From: Candidatus Bathyarchaeota archaeon
GTDB lineage: Archaea; Thermoproteota; Bathyarchaeia; TCS64
Direction: 5' to 3'
Assembly: GCA_018652685.1 (NCBI GenBank)
Contig: JABIBQ010000080.1
Coordinates: forward strand, 8,357-72,356
DNA length: 64,000 nt
Positions within the stretch are counted from its first letter, which is position 1. Each line of letters opens with the position of its first letter. Of this stretch, positions 17,717 to 25,622 are shown piece by piece. Under the pieces are notes generated by a model. That model was not told the DNA's origin. It did no database searches and worked only from the letters and a program-made list of their open reading frames with translations. A program made the position numbers and the translations under genes.

Positions 17717-18531
17717 TGATGAGTAACAGGGCAATTGAACGTATCAGTTCGCTGATGAATACAAAACGATTCGTGGTAAAGGTGGGCACGAGCAGCATTA
17801 CCGATGAAAACTCAAGGTTGGACGTCGGCAAGGTGGCCATCCTAGTGAGCATGTTGATGAAGGAGGTTAAGAACGGGAGGTCACCGATACTCGTGAGCTC
17901 AGGGGCTATCGGTGCAGGACTCGGCAGGCTTGGTCTACCAAGGCCGGACGAAATGCAGGAACTCCAGGCGGCTGCGGCCGTGGGCCAGGGTATCCTAATG
18001 CAGACGTACGAGTTCTTTTTCAACAACTATGAACAAACCATAGCACAGCTCCTTCTGACGGGCGACGATTTCACTGACCCCGAGAGGAACAGGAACCTGT
18101 CCAACACACTGGAGACCCTCATCAACTGGGGCGTAATCCCCATAATCAACGAGAACGACACCGTTGCGACCCAGGAGATCAAAGTGGGCGATAATGATAC
18201 AATTGCCTCCTACGTCACCATGGCGGTGGACGCGGACCTGCTGGTCATACTGACAGACGTGGACGGGCTGTACACCAGTAACCCATCAGAAGGTAAGGGC
18301 GAGTTCGTCAAGGTCGTGGAAGAAATCACCCCCGAGGTCGAAGGCTGGGCCAGCAAGGCTGGAAAGGGTTTTGGCGGAATGTACACCAAGGTCCAGGCGG
18401 CCAAGAGACTGGCGAAGGAGGGCAAGGCGACGGTGATAGCGAGCAGCGGCGTGCCAGATGCCCTGTCAAAGGTTTTGGTGGGGGAGATTGGCACCCTATT
18501 CATGCCAAGAGGAGATGAGATTGATGAGTGA
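17716..18531 (+). CDS. proB: Glutamate 5-kinase (no PUA domain)
   Basis: VVKVGTS, VSSGAI, AAAAVGQ, PIINEND, GDND, TDVDGLY, GGMYTK. Confidence 0.95.
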   Translation: MMSNRAIERISSLMNTKRFVVKVGTSSITDENSRLDVGKVAILVSMLMKEVKNGRSPILVSSGAIGAGLGRLGLPRPDEMQELQAAAAVGQGILMQTYEFFFNNYEQTIAQLLLTGDDFTDPERNRNLSNTLETLINWGVIPIINENDTVATQEIKVGDNDTIASYVTMAVDADLLVILTDVDGLYTSNPSEGKGEFVKVVEEITPEVEGWASKAGKGFGGMYTKVQAAKRLAKEGKATVIASSGVPDALSKVLVGEIGTLFMPRGDEIDE

Positions 18532-19831
18532 AGTAGTAAACAAGGCGGCGGCAGCCCGACAGGCATCATACGGTCTATCGAAGTTAGACACCGAGGCAAA
18601 GAACGCGGCGTTGAACGCCGTGGCCGATGCCCTCTGGGAACACAGGGAGACCCTGATGGAGGCGAATCAAAGAGACCTGGAGGCAGCTGACGGGATGCTC
18701 CAGAAGGGAGAGATCACTGGGGCCATGATAAAGCGGATGGCCCTTAACACGAGCAAGGTCCAGGGGATCGTTGACATGGTGAAGAGCGTCGCGTCCCTAA
18801 ACGACCCGGTGGGGAAAACCGAATACGCCAGGGAACTGGACGAGGGGCTGGATTTGTTCAGAGTCACCTCGCCACTGGGAGTCGTCGCAGTTATTTTCGA
18901 GTCACGGCCCGATGCCCTTGTCCAGATAGCGAGCCTGTGCCTGAAATCAGGGAACAGCGTGCTCCTCAAGGGCGGCAGCGAAGCCCGCCACAGCAACAGG
19001 AAGCTATACACAATCATCAAGGAAGCCACAGGCGACCTTCCTGATGGTTGGATTCAGATCATGGAGGTAAGGGACGAGGTCACCAAGCTCCTAGAGCTGG
19101 ACGCCTACGTTGACCTGATCATCCCACGTGGTAGCAACGAGTTCGTCAGGTACATCCAGAACAACACCCGCATCCCCGTTCTCGGGCACGCCGACGGGGT
19201 CTGCCACATCTACGTGGACAGCGAGGCTGACCTTGATATGGCTGTGAAGGTCTGCCTCGACGCCAAGATCCAGTACCCATCCGTGTGTAACGCGGTTGAC
19301 ACAATCTTAGTACACGAGGACATAGCAAAGGGCTTCATCGCACCCATGGTCGAAACGCTGTTAGATAAGGCCGTGGAGGTCAGAGGCGGAGAACAGGTGC
19401 TAGAGATCATTAAAGAAGGAGTCAAGGCGGCGACGGATGATGACTGGGGTCACGAGTACCTCGACTACATCGTTGCCTTGAAGATCGTGCCCGACGCCGA
19501 TGAGGCCATCACACACATCAACGGGTATGGCTCGCACCACACAGATGCGATTCTAACTGGTAATGCGGAGACCGCGGTCTACTTCATCGACTCCGTTGAC
19601 TCGGCCAACGTGTTCTGGAACGCATCGACAAGGTTTGCGGACGGGTACAGGTACGGCCTTGGATCAGAGGTGGGCATAAGCACGGGGAAGATACATGCCC
19701 GCGGCCCATCAGGGCTTGAGGGGCTCACCATTTACAGGTACATCCTTAGGGGGGACGGCCACATCGTCGCTGATTACGTCGGAGATGGTGCCAAGAAATA
19801 TACCCATCGTTCGATTGATGAGAAATGGTGA
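18524..19831 (+). CDS. proA: Gamma-glutamyl phosphate reductase
   Basis: IFESRP, LKSGN, LKGGSEA, IPRG, CNA, NASTRFADG, GISTGKIHARGP; start MSEVV at 18524 after GGAGA. Confidence 0.95.
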   Translation: MSEVVNKAAAARQASYGLSKLDTEAKNAALNAVADALWEHRETLMEANQRDLEAADGMLQKGEITGAMIKRMALNTSKVQGIVDMVKSVASLNDPVGKTEYARELDEGLDLFRVTSPLGVVAVIFESRPDALVQIASLCLKSGNSVLLKGGSEARHSNRKLYTIIKEATGDLPDGWIQIMEVRDEVTKLLELDAYVDLIIPRGSNEFVRYIQNNTRIPVLGHADGVCHIYVDSEADLDMAVKVCLDAKIQYPSVCNAVDTILVHEDIAKGFIAPMVETLLDKAVEVRGGEQVLEIIKEGVKAATDDDWGHEYLDYIVALKIVPDADEAITHINGYGSHHTDAILTGNAETAVYFIDSVDSANVFWNASTRFADGYRYGLGSEVGISTGKIHARGPSGLEGLTIYRYILRGDGHIVADYVGDGAKKYTHRSIDEKW

Positions 19832-19986
19832 CCTCGCCAGAGGAGGCCAGAGAGTACACTGACGAGCTTGGGAAGCCCGTTGTCATCAAGGTATAGATAC
19901 AAGTTGGCGGCAGGGGCAATGCGGGAGGCGTAAACTTCTCGGACAACCCGGACGAGGCAGCGGATGACCTCAGGGAGCTCCTCTAA
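19825..19986 (+). pseudogene. sucC: Fragment of succinyl-CoA synthetase beta subunit (ATP-grasp N-terminus) with in-frame stop
   Basis: Manual translation MVTSPEEAREYTDELGKPVVIKV*IQVGGRGNAGGVNFSDNPDEAADDLRELL*; resembles the SucC motif PVVVKAQV..GGRGKAGGV; TAG at 19894-19896. Confidence 0.75.
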
Positions 19987-20522
19987 GCCTCTATTATTTT
20001 TATTAGCTGCTCAAGCATGCGGAAGGTGAGTCCCCAGACAACCTCTCCGTCATACTTGTAAACGTCGCTGTTCCAACCCTTGACATCCTGTTTGGTCCTT
20101 GACTGGACCAGCTCGCTCAGAGGGGCCCAAAGGTATCTTGTAAGCTCGTAATTGAGGCTCACCTCGGGCTCCTCGTCATAGACATACACTATTGGCTGGA
20201 CTTTCATGTTTGTGCGGACGCTGCTGAATATTGGCTTCATGTAACCCAGCTTTGATTTCTCACGGAGATCGATTGCGGTCTCCTCAAGTACCTCGCGAGA
20301 GGCAGTTTCCACCAGGTCTCTGTCATCGTCCCCCCTTTTACCACCAGGGAAGGCCATGTCCCCGCTCCACGGGTCACCCTCGACCTCTGCCCTCTTGACA
20401 AGGAAGAACTCCAGATCGTCGTTGCGCTCCCTGAGGAGTATGGCTACTGCTGCATGTGAGCTCTCCTCCGGTCCATCGAGAAGTTTTCCCCGAAGGCTTG
20501 ATAGTTTCTCATTTGCCCGCAA
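19983..20522 (-). CDS. Nudix hydrolase, CoA pyrophosphatase-like
   Basis: AAVAILL, DPWSGDMAFPGGK, ASREVLEE Nudix box, VVWGLT; TTG start at 20522 inferred. Confidence 0.85.
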   Translation of the reverse strand: MRANEKLSSLRGKLLDGPEESSHAAVAILLRERNDDLEFFLVKRAEVEGDPWSGDMAFPGGKRGDDDRDLVETASREVLEETAIDLREKSKLGYMKPIFSSVRTNMKVQPIVYVYDEEPEVSLNYELTRYLWAPLSELVQSRTKQDVKGWNSDVYKYDGEVVWGLTFRMLEQLIKIIEA

Positions 20523-20632
20523 CGGTGTTCCGTATCTGTGAATGCTCAGGGTATCTAAAATGTTGTGATCAAGTTTGGGAAGACGTAAATAGCATCGCAC
20601 AAACTCAGGAACAATATTTGGAAGGCAACAGA

Positions 20633-21475
20633 TTGACAGAATCCAAGGACATATCGAACCCCTTCGAGCAGAAGGCAAAGCAACAGGAGCTAATCAAGGA
20701 GAAGATGGCCAACGTGAAGCACAAGATAGCCATAATCAGCGGAAAGGGAGGAGTAGGAAAGACCCTCGTTACTGTGAACCTCGCTGCTGCACTAGCAAAG
20801 GGCAGGAAGGGAAAGGTGGGTATACTGGACGCAGATCTCACGGGGCCTTGCGTCCCCAAGATGATGGGTCTGAAGGGCCACAAGATGGAGCTAGGGGCCT
20901 CTGGGATAATGCCAGCTAGGGGATCAGAGGACATCGCCGTGGTCTCCATGGACTTCCTGCTTCCTGACGACGAGGCCCCTGTCATCTGGCGTGGCCCGCT
21001 AAAGATGGGTGCGATCAGGCAGTTCCTCGGTGAAGTAGCCTGGGGTGACCTTGATTACCTGCTCATAGATCTCCCACCAGGCACCGGGGATGAGAGCCTC
21101 AGCGTCCTGCAGCTGTTACCTGAGCTGTCCGGCGTTATCATAATCACTATCCCAAGCGAGGTGAGTCAGGCGGTGGTGAAGAAGGCTGTGACCTTCGCCC
21201 GTCAGATGAAAGTTCCAATACTCGGAATCGTCGAGAACATGAGTGGGCTTGTCTGCCCCCACTGCGGAGAGGTCATCAACGTCTTCAGCAAGGGAGGAGG
21301 GGCCAAGGTCTCGAAAGAGATGGGTGTAGAACTCATAGGGAGTATCCCCATGGATCCTAAGGTCGCATTGGATAGCGACAATGGTGTGCCATTCATCTAC
21401 TCTCATCCCGATTCCCCTGCAGCTGAAGCCTTCAAAGTCGTGGTCGAGAGAATTGAGGGACAAGTGAAGAAATAA
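20633..21475 (+). CDS. mrp: Mrp/NBP35 Fe-S cluster carrier ATPase
   Basis: SGKGGVGKT, WRGP, IDLPPGTGD, ENMSGLVCPHC; TTG start at 20633 inferred. Confidence 0.92.
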   Translation: MTESKDISNPFEQKAKQQELIKEKMANVKHKIAIISGKGGVGKTLVTVNLAAALAKGRKGKVGILDADLTGPCVPKMMGLKGHKMELGASGIMPARGSEDIAVVSMDFLLPDDEAPVIWRGPLKMGAIRQFLGEVAWGDLDYLLIDLPPGTGDESLSVLQLLPELSGVIIITIPSEVSQAVVKKAVTFARQMKVPILGIVENMSGLVCPHCGEVINVFSKGGGAKVSKEMGVELIGSIPMDPKVALDSDNGVPFIYSHPDSPAAEAFKVVVERIEGQVKK

Positions 21476-21681
21476 GGGAAAAGGTAGTTGGTCCGGTAGC
21501 GGACAATACTGGAATCACGGTGTCGGAGCATTTCGGAAAAGCCCCGTTTTTCGCGTTATTTGATATCGACGAGGTTTGCGGTAAGTGCATCAAGGCGTGT
21601 GTTTATTCACCCCGCCTAGCAAAACTTTTTGAGATTCCAGAGGTTCAACTATTCAACGGTGTCTGCTATACGAATCCCTGA
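21472..21681 (+). pseudogene. Degenerate NifB/NifX (dinitrogenase FeMo-cofactor biosynthesis domain) family gene
   Basis: Manual translation IREKVVGPVADNTGITVSEHFGKAPFFALFDIDE...; SEHFGKAPFF is the family N-terminal motif; begins at ATA, only 69 codons. Confidence 0.6.
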
Positions 21682-21716
21682 TTAGCGATTATAAAAACCT
21701 AAAAGAGAAGAGGGAG

Positions 21717-22514
21717 CTAGAGCTCCACTTCCTCGCCCGCCTGACCTGGTTTCCAGCCCTTGATGTGGGCATGAGCTGCGTTTACACCGTTCCTGAGGTA
21801 CGCTGTGTCGCTGTTTACGGCGCAGAACAGGAAGCCCCTGTCGATGGCCTCGTTGATGTTGGTGGGACCTGGTGTTGTGAAACAGTGCATCCCTGGAGCT
21901 ACCCCGGCGTCCTTGCCTGCCTCAACGATTCTGTCAAGGGTCTTGAGGAACACGGGGTTGGTATAATCCCTGTGGATTCCCATGTCAAGGCTCAGGTCGC
22001 TGGGGCCCACGAAGCAGGCGTCCACGCCCTCGACACTGAATATCTCATCGATGTTCTCTACGCCCTTGGCGGTCTCGATCATGACGACGCACAGAGTCTC
22101 ATCGTTCGCCGATGCGAAGTAATCTGGGTCACGGAATGCAGCCAGCCTGGGCCCTGCTCCCCTCTCTCCCCACGGAGGATATTTCATGAGCCTCACCATG
22201 TCCTCGGCCTGCTCCTTTGTCTCGATCCGAGGACTAACGATCCCCGTAGCGCCTGCGTCCATTACCTTCTTGATCCAGACGAGGTCATGCCATGGTATCC
22301 TGCACATTGGCATGCACTTGTCCCTGCCCCATAGCATAGACTGAACCATGAAGTGGTATGTCTCAGGGCCGAACGCGCTGTGCTCCATGTCGCAGACCAG
22401 CCAGTCCCAGCCCATGTCGGCCAGGTACATGGTCATATCGGGGTGACCAACGGTCACCCATGTGCCCAGGGCCGGCGTCCCGGCCTTGAGCTTGCGCTTT
22501 ACAAGGTTCTTCAT
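21717..22514 (-). CDS. HpcH/HpaI aldolase family protein
   Basis: DMEHS, MDAGATG, YPPWGERG, VMIET, FVGPSDL. Confidence 0.9.
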   Translation of the reverse strand: MKNLVKRKLKAGTPALGTWVTVGHPDMTMYLADMGWDWLVCDMEHSAFGPETYHFMVQSMLWGRDKCMPMCRIPWHDLVWIKKVMDAGATGIVSPRIETKEQAEDMVRLMKYPPWGERGAGPRLAAFRDPDYFASANDETLCVVMIETAKGVENIDEIFSVEGVDACFVGPSDLSLDMGIHRDYTNPVFLKTLDRIVEAGKDAGVAPGMHCFTTPGPTNINEAIDRGFLFCAVNSDTAYLRNGVNAAHAHIKGWKPGQAGEEVEL

Positions 22515-22580
22515 GGTTGAACCGGTAACCCCTGTGGATAAAAAACCGTCGAGAGAAAGACTTGAATCGACGCGACTGGA

Positions 22581-23012
22581 ATGATAGCTGTGGTCAAGAT
22601 GGAGGGCTGGGTCTACGCGTTGATTGCCGTGGTTGTATGGGGATTTGAAGCGATAATAGTTAGGGCAGCCGGGGACGGCGTGGACCCTCTTGTGGGAACA
22701 GGGATTGGATGTATTGCCGCGGGACTTGTTTTCGCAGTCTACCTGGGCGCCACTGGGAGGATAAACTCGGACATGCTAAACCGGACCGGGTTCTATTACG
22801 GGATAGCCGGAGTGACCAGCTTCGCGATCGGCCATTACTTCTATTACACGGCCATCAACAAATCTGGGGCATCTCTCAGCGCCAGTCTGGTTGCTACTTA
22901 CCCGCTGCTAACCGTTGTTATGGCGTGGCTGTTATTTGGCGAGCAGATCACATTGAAGAGCGGAATAGGCACCCTCCTCATAGTGATTGGCGGGCTGCTA
23001 TTGTTTGTTTGA
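22581..23012 (+). CDS. Single-domain EamA/DMT transporter
   Basis: About 5 TM helices; YPLLTVVMAWLLFGEQIT. Confidence 0.8.
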   Translation: MIAVVKMEGWVYALIAVVVWGFEAIIVRAAGDGVDPLVGTGIGCIAAGLVFAVYLGATGRINSDMLNRTGFYYGIAGVTSFAIGHYFYYTAINKSGASLSASLVATYPLLTVVMAWLLFGEQITLKSGIGTLLIVIGGLLLFV

Positions 23013-23072
23013 CCGCTGCAAATTGTATCGGTTTGTTAAAAAAAGGCAATCCGATACAATTTTGAATCGGTT

Positions 23073-24917
23073 TTAGAGGTCCTCGAACACCGGACCAATA
23101 CCCAGCCCCTCAAGCGTCTCTTTTGTGGGCACGCCAGCCTCGGGGTCCCAGCCCATCTTCTCGTAGTAGTTCCTCAGCATCTCGTCCCAGTGGGGCTGGA
23201 TGCTGATTCCCTCGGTAGGCCCGTCAATCGGGGTTGACCCGTACCTGAACGAAGGCTTGTCGTGCTCCGCTGAAAGCCCTGTCTGGAGGTTGTACATCCT
23301 CATGAGGTTTACCGCCCTCCTACCGATGTCCCACGCCTCGTCTGGATCCATGTCCCAACCCGTGGCCGCTGAAATTGCCGCAGCTAGCCGTTCATGGTTC
23401 ATCCTAGTGTTGAATCTGCACGTCAATGCGCTGTCCTCCAGCTGCATCAGTCCCTTGGTCCTGGCTACCTCACTGCTGACATTGATGGGGTGGGCTGGTC
23501 CCTGCGCATCGGGGTTCATGGCACTCATGTGCGTCTCGATGGTGCCGGTTCCACTGACGCAGGTGTCGAACATCTCAGCCCACCTGTTCCTGTGGTCGTG
23601 GCCCCTTGGGCTGTTACCCTTCATGGTGTAGATGGCCGCTTCCGCCGCCTTACCTCCAAGCTTTTCTGATGCCTTCTTGACTCCCTCGGCCAGTAGGTCA
23701 CCGAAGCCCTCGCGGCCCGCCGTAATCCTGAGAATCCTTTCCGCACCCTCGGCATCTCCCCAGCCCGTCTTGAACCCTACCTGCTCCTCGGTGAGCCATC
23801 CGTCCTCCATGCCCTCCATAACCCAGCCTACAAGCCACCCGGCCTCATTGTTATCGAAACCAAGCCTATCGGTGAGTCCGCTGAGCATCATTGTGGCCTC
23901 GACATCGGTTATCCCGACCACAGGGCCCCATGCCGCCATCTGCTCGTACTCGGGCTCGTCCACCATGCACTTGTACTTACCCTCCTTTACTTCAAACATC
24001 GTCGCGTGGAGAAGCCTGCAGCCCCAGCAGGGAACCCTAGCTATCTGGTAGTTATCCCTCAACGTGGGCTCCACAAAGTCCTTGATTTCCTCGTCCGAGA
24101 CCCCCCAGTCGAAGGTTTTATAGTTCTTCACAGGGAGGCCGCCGCTCTGTCCCTTCCACATGTTGGCGACACCGCCGATAGTGCCTCTGAAGTACTCAAC
24201 GTCCTCGAATATCTCCTGGGAAATCTTCTGGAGAGCAGTTCTGTCATTGACTTCCTGCTTCGCGCTGCCCCTGAATGTGATGATTGCCTTGATCTTCTTG
24301 CTTCCGAGGACGCCGCCTGTGCCATTGTGACTTGCGCTATGGCCGTGGTCAACGAATGTCCCTGCCCACCTGGATTTCGTCTCCCCCGCTGGGCCGATGG
24401 ATAGAACACTTGCCCCCCGGTTCTTGACACCATAGAGCTCAAGGAGCTTGTCAGTTGTCTCGTAAGTATCTAGGCCCATGATTTCTGAGGCGTCCCGGAT
24501 ATCTACCTTTCCGTCCTTGATGGAGATATAGCTCCATTCGGGTGCCTGGCCGGTCAGTATGATGTTGTCATAGCCACTGAACTTGAGGTACGCCGCGAAC
24601 AGCCCGTTTGCTTGACAACTGGTCGCCCCACCCGTCAGCGCGCCTTTGGTTACGACGCTGATGGTCCCGCTTCCGCCAATCGATGTCCCGCTCAACGGCC
24701 CCGTCCCTATGAAGTACATGTTCCGAGGGTCATCGTACTCGATGTCCCTCGGCACCTCGTCGTAGAGGAACTTGACGCCCAGGGCTGTCCCGCCCAAGTA
24801 TTTCCTGAGGAAAGCCTCTTCATAGACCTCCTCCGTTACTTTCCCATCATTGAGGTTGATCCTTAATGTTTTACCCGCGTAGCCACCTATATCAGCCATA
24901 AAACTCACCTTATCCAT
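23073..24917 (-). CDS. Tungsten-dependent aldehyde:ferredoxin oxidoreductase family protein
   Basis: GYAGKTLRINL, YLGG, IGPAGE, GSKKIKAI, CWGC, PEYE, DRLGFD, LAEG, YYEKMGWD. Confidence 0.9.
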   Translation of the reverse strand: MDKVSFMADIGGYAGKTLRINLNDGKVTEEVYEEAFLRKYLGGTALGVKFLYDEVPRDIEYDDPRNMYFIGTGPLSGTSIGGSGTISVVTKGALTGGATSCQANGLFAAYLKFSGYDNIILTGQAPEWSYISIKDGKVDIRDASEIMGLDTYETTDKLLELYGVKNRGASVLSIGPAGETKSRWAGTFVDHGHSASHNGTGGVLGSKKIKAIITFRGSAKQEVNDRTALQKISQEIFEDVEYFRGTIGGVANMWKGQSGGLPVKNYKTFDWGVSDEEIKDFVEPTLRDNYQIARVPCWGCRLLHATMFEVKEGKYKCMVDEPEYEQMAAWGPVVGITDVEATMMLSGLTDRLGFDNNEAGWLVGWVMEGMEDGWLTEEQVGFKTGWGDAEGAERILRITAGREGFGDLLAEGVKKASEKLGGKAAEAAIYTMKGNSPRGHDHRNRWAEMFDTCVSGTGTIETHMSAMNPDAQGPAHPINVSSEVARTKGLMQLEDSALTCRFNTRMNHERLAAAISAATGWDMDPDEAWDIGRRAVNLMRMYNLQTGLSAEHDKPSFRYGSTPIDGPTEGISIQPHWDEMLRNYYEKMGWDPEAGVPTKETLEGLGIGPVFEDL

Positions 24918-24952
24918 GACGTGATAACTGGAAAAGGATTACGACAAGCACG

Positions 24953-25243
24953 GTGAAACAAATGAATGTGAGAGTTAGGCTCTACGGGATGGCATACAAC
25001 GAGGTTGGCACCCGCGAGTTAAGTGTAGAGTTGATCGATGACTTAACGGTAAATGACCTCCTATCAATCATCGTGGAGAGGTACCCCTCCCTAACCAAAC
25101 TCATCTATGACGATGAGGGAGTTTTCAGGGAGTACCTTGAGGTGGCAGTTAACAAGACTGATATCATCGGGCTGGATGGTTTGGACTCGGTGCTGAAGGA
25201 AAGCGATATAGTGTTAATCATGCCCCCGATTGGCGGTGGCTAG
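24953..25243 (+). CDS. MoaD/SAMP ubiquitin-like sulfur carrier
   Basis: 96 aa beta-grasp pattern ending MPPIGGG; divergent from AOR. Confidence 0.85.
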   Translation: MKQMNVRVRLYGMAYNEVGTRELSVELIDDLTVNDLLSIIVERYPSLTKLIYDDEGVFREYLEVAVNKTDIIGLDGLDSVLKESDIVLIMPPIGGG

Positions 25244-25590
25244 CCTATTATGGGAGTCAGGTCAAACCTGAATGCTATCTTGAGCGCGTAAAGCACCACA
25301 ACCGCGATGACGTTCTGAACTGCCAAGATATAGTATCCCTGATTCTCCTTCGAGAAATACAACCCCGCGACGATTGGTGGGACTGCGATTATGTACCACA
25401 GTGCCCAGTAAAGGAGGAAAACCATGTTCAGGAACGCGACCACAGTTAACTGAAGGAGGTCCAAACCAGCGGGCAGGACATTCTGGGTCAGGTAAACGAT
25501 GATGGCAGAAACAACTGACATCGCCGTGATTATGAGGTTGAGCTGTGTCCAGCGGGGAAGAATCCGTTTGATAAGCCCCTTGAAGTCCAT
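25240..25590 (-). CDS. Hypothetical membrane protein
   Basis: 116 aa, 3-4 hydrophobic segments. Confidence 0.55.
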   Translation of the reverse strand: MDFKGLIKRILPRWTQLNLIITAMSVVSAIIVYLTQNVLPAGLDLLQLTVVAFLNMVFLLYWALWYIIAVPPIVAGLYFSKENQGYYILAVQNVIAVVVLYALKIAFRFDLTPIIG

Positions 25591-25622
25591 CCAGCAAAAG
25601 ACGAAGGGGTAGGATAAAGGGG

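Noticed and set aside
14803..17726. Long plus-strand ORFs (251, 268, 265 aa) overlapping the M20 genes
   Set aside because: Antisense shadows of well-supported genes with no recognisable motifs; the same holds for the other nested ORFs in the track
19894..19896. In-frame TAG in the sucC fragment as possible pyrrolysine/readthrough
   Set aside because: The fragment is truncated and otherwise degenerate, CAG to TAG is a single transition, TAG is a normal stop throughout the window, and no pyl genes are visible
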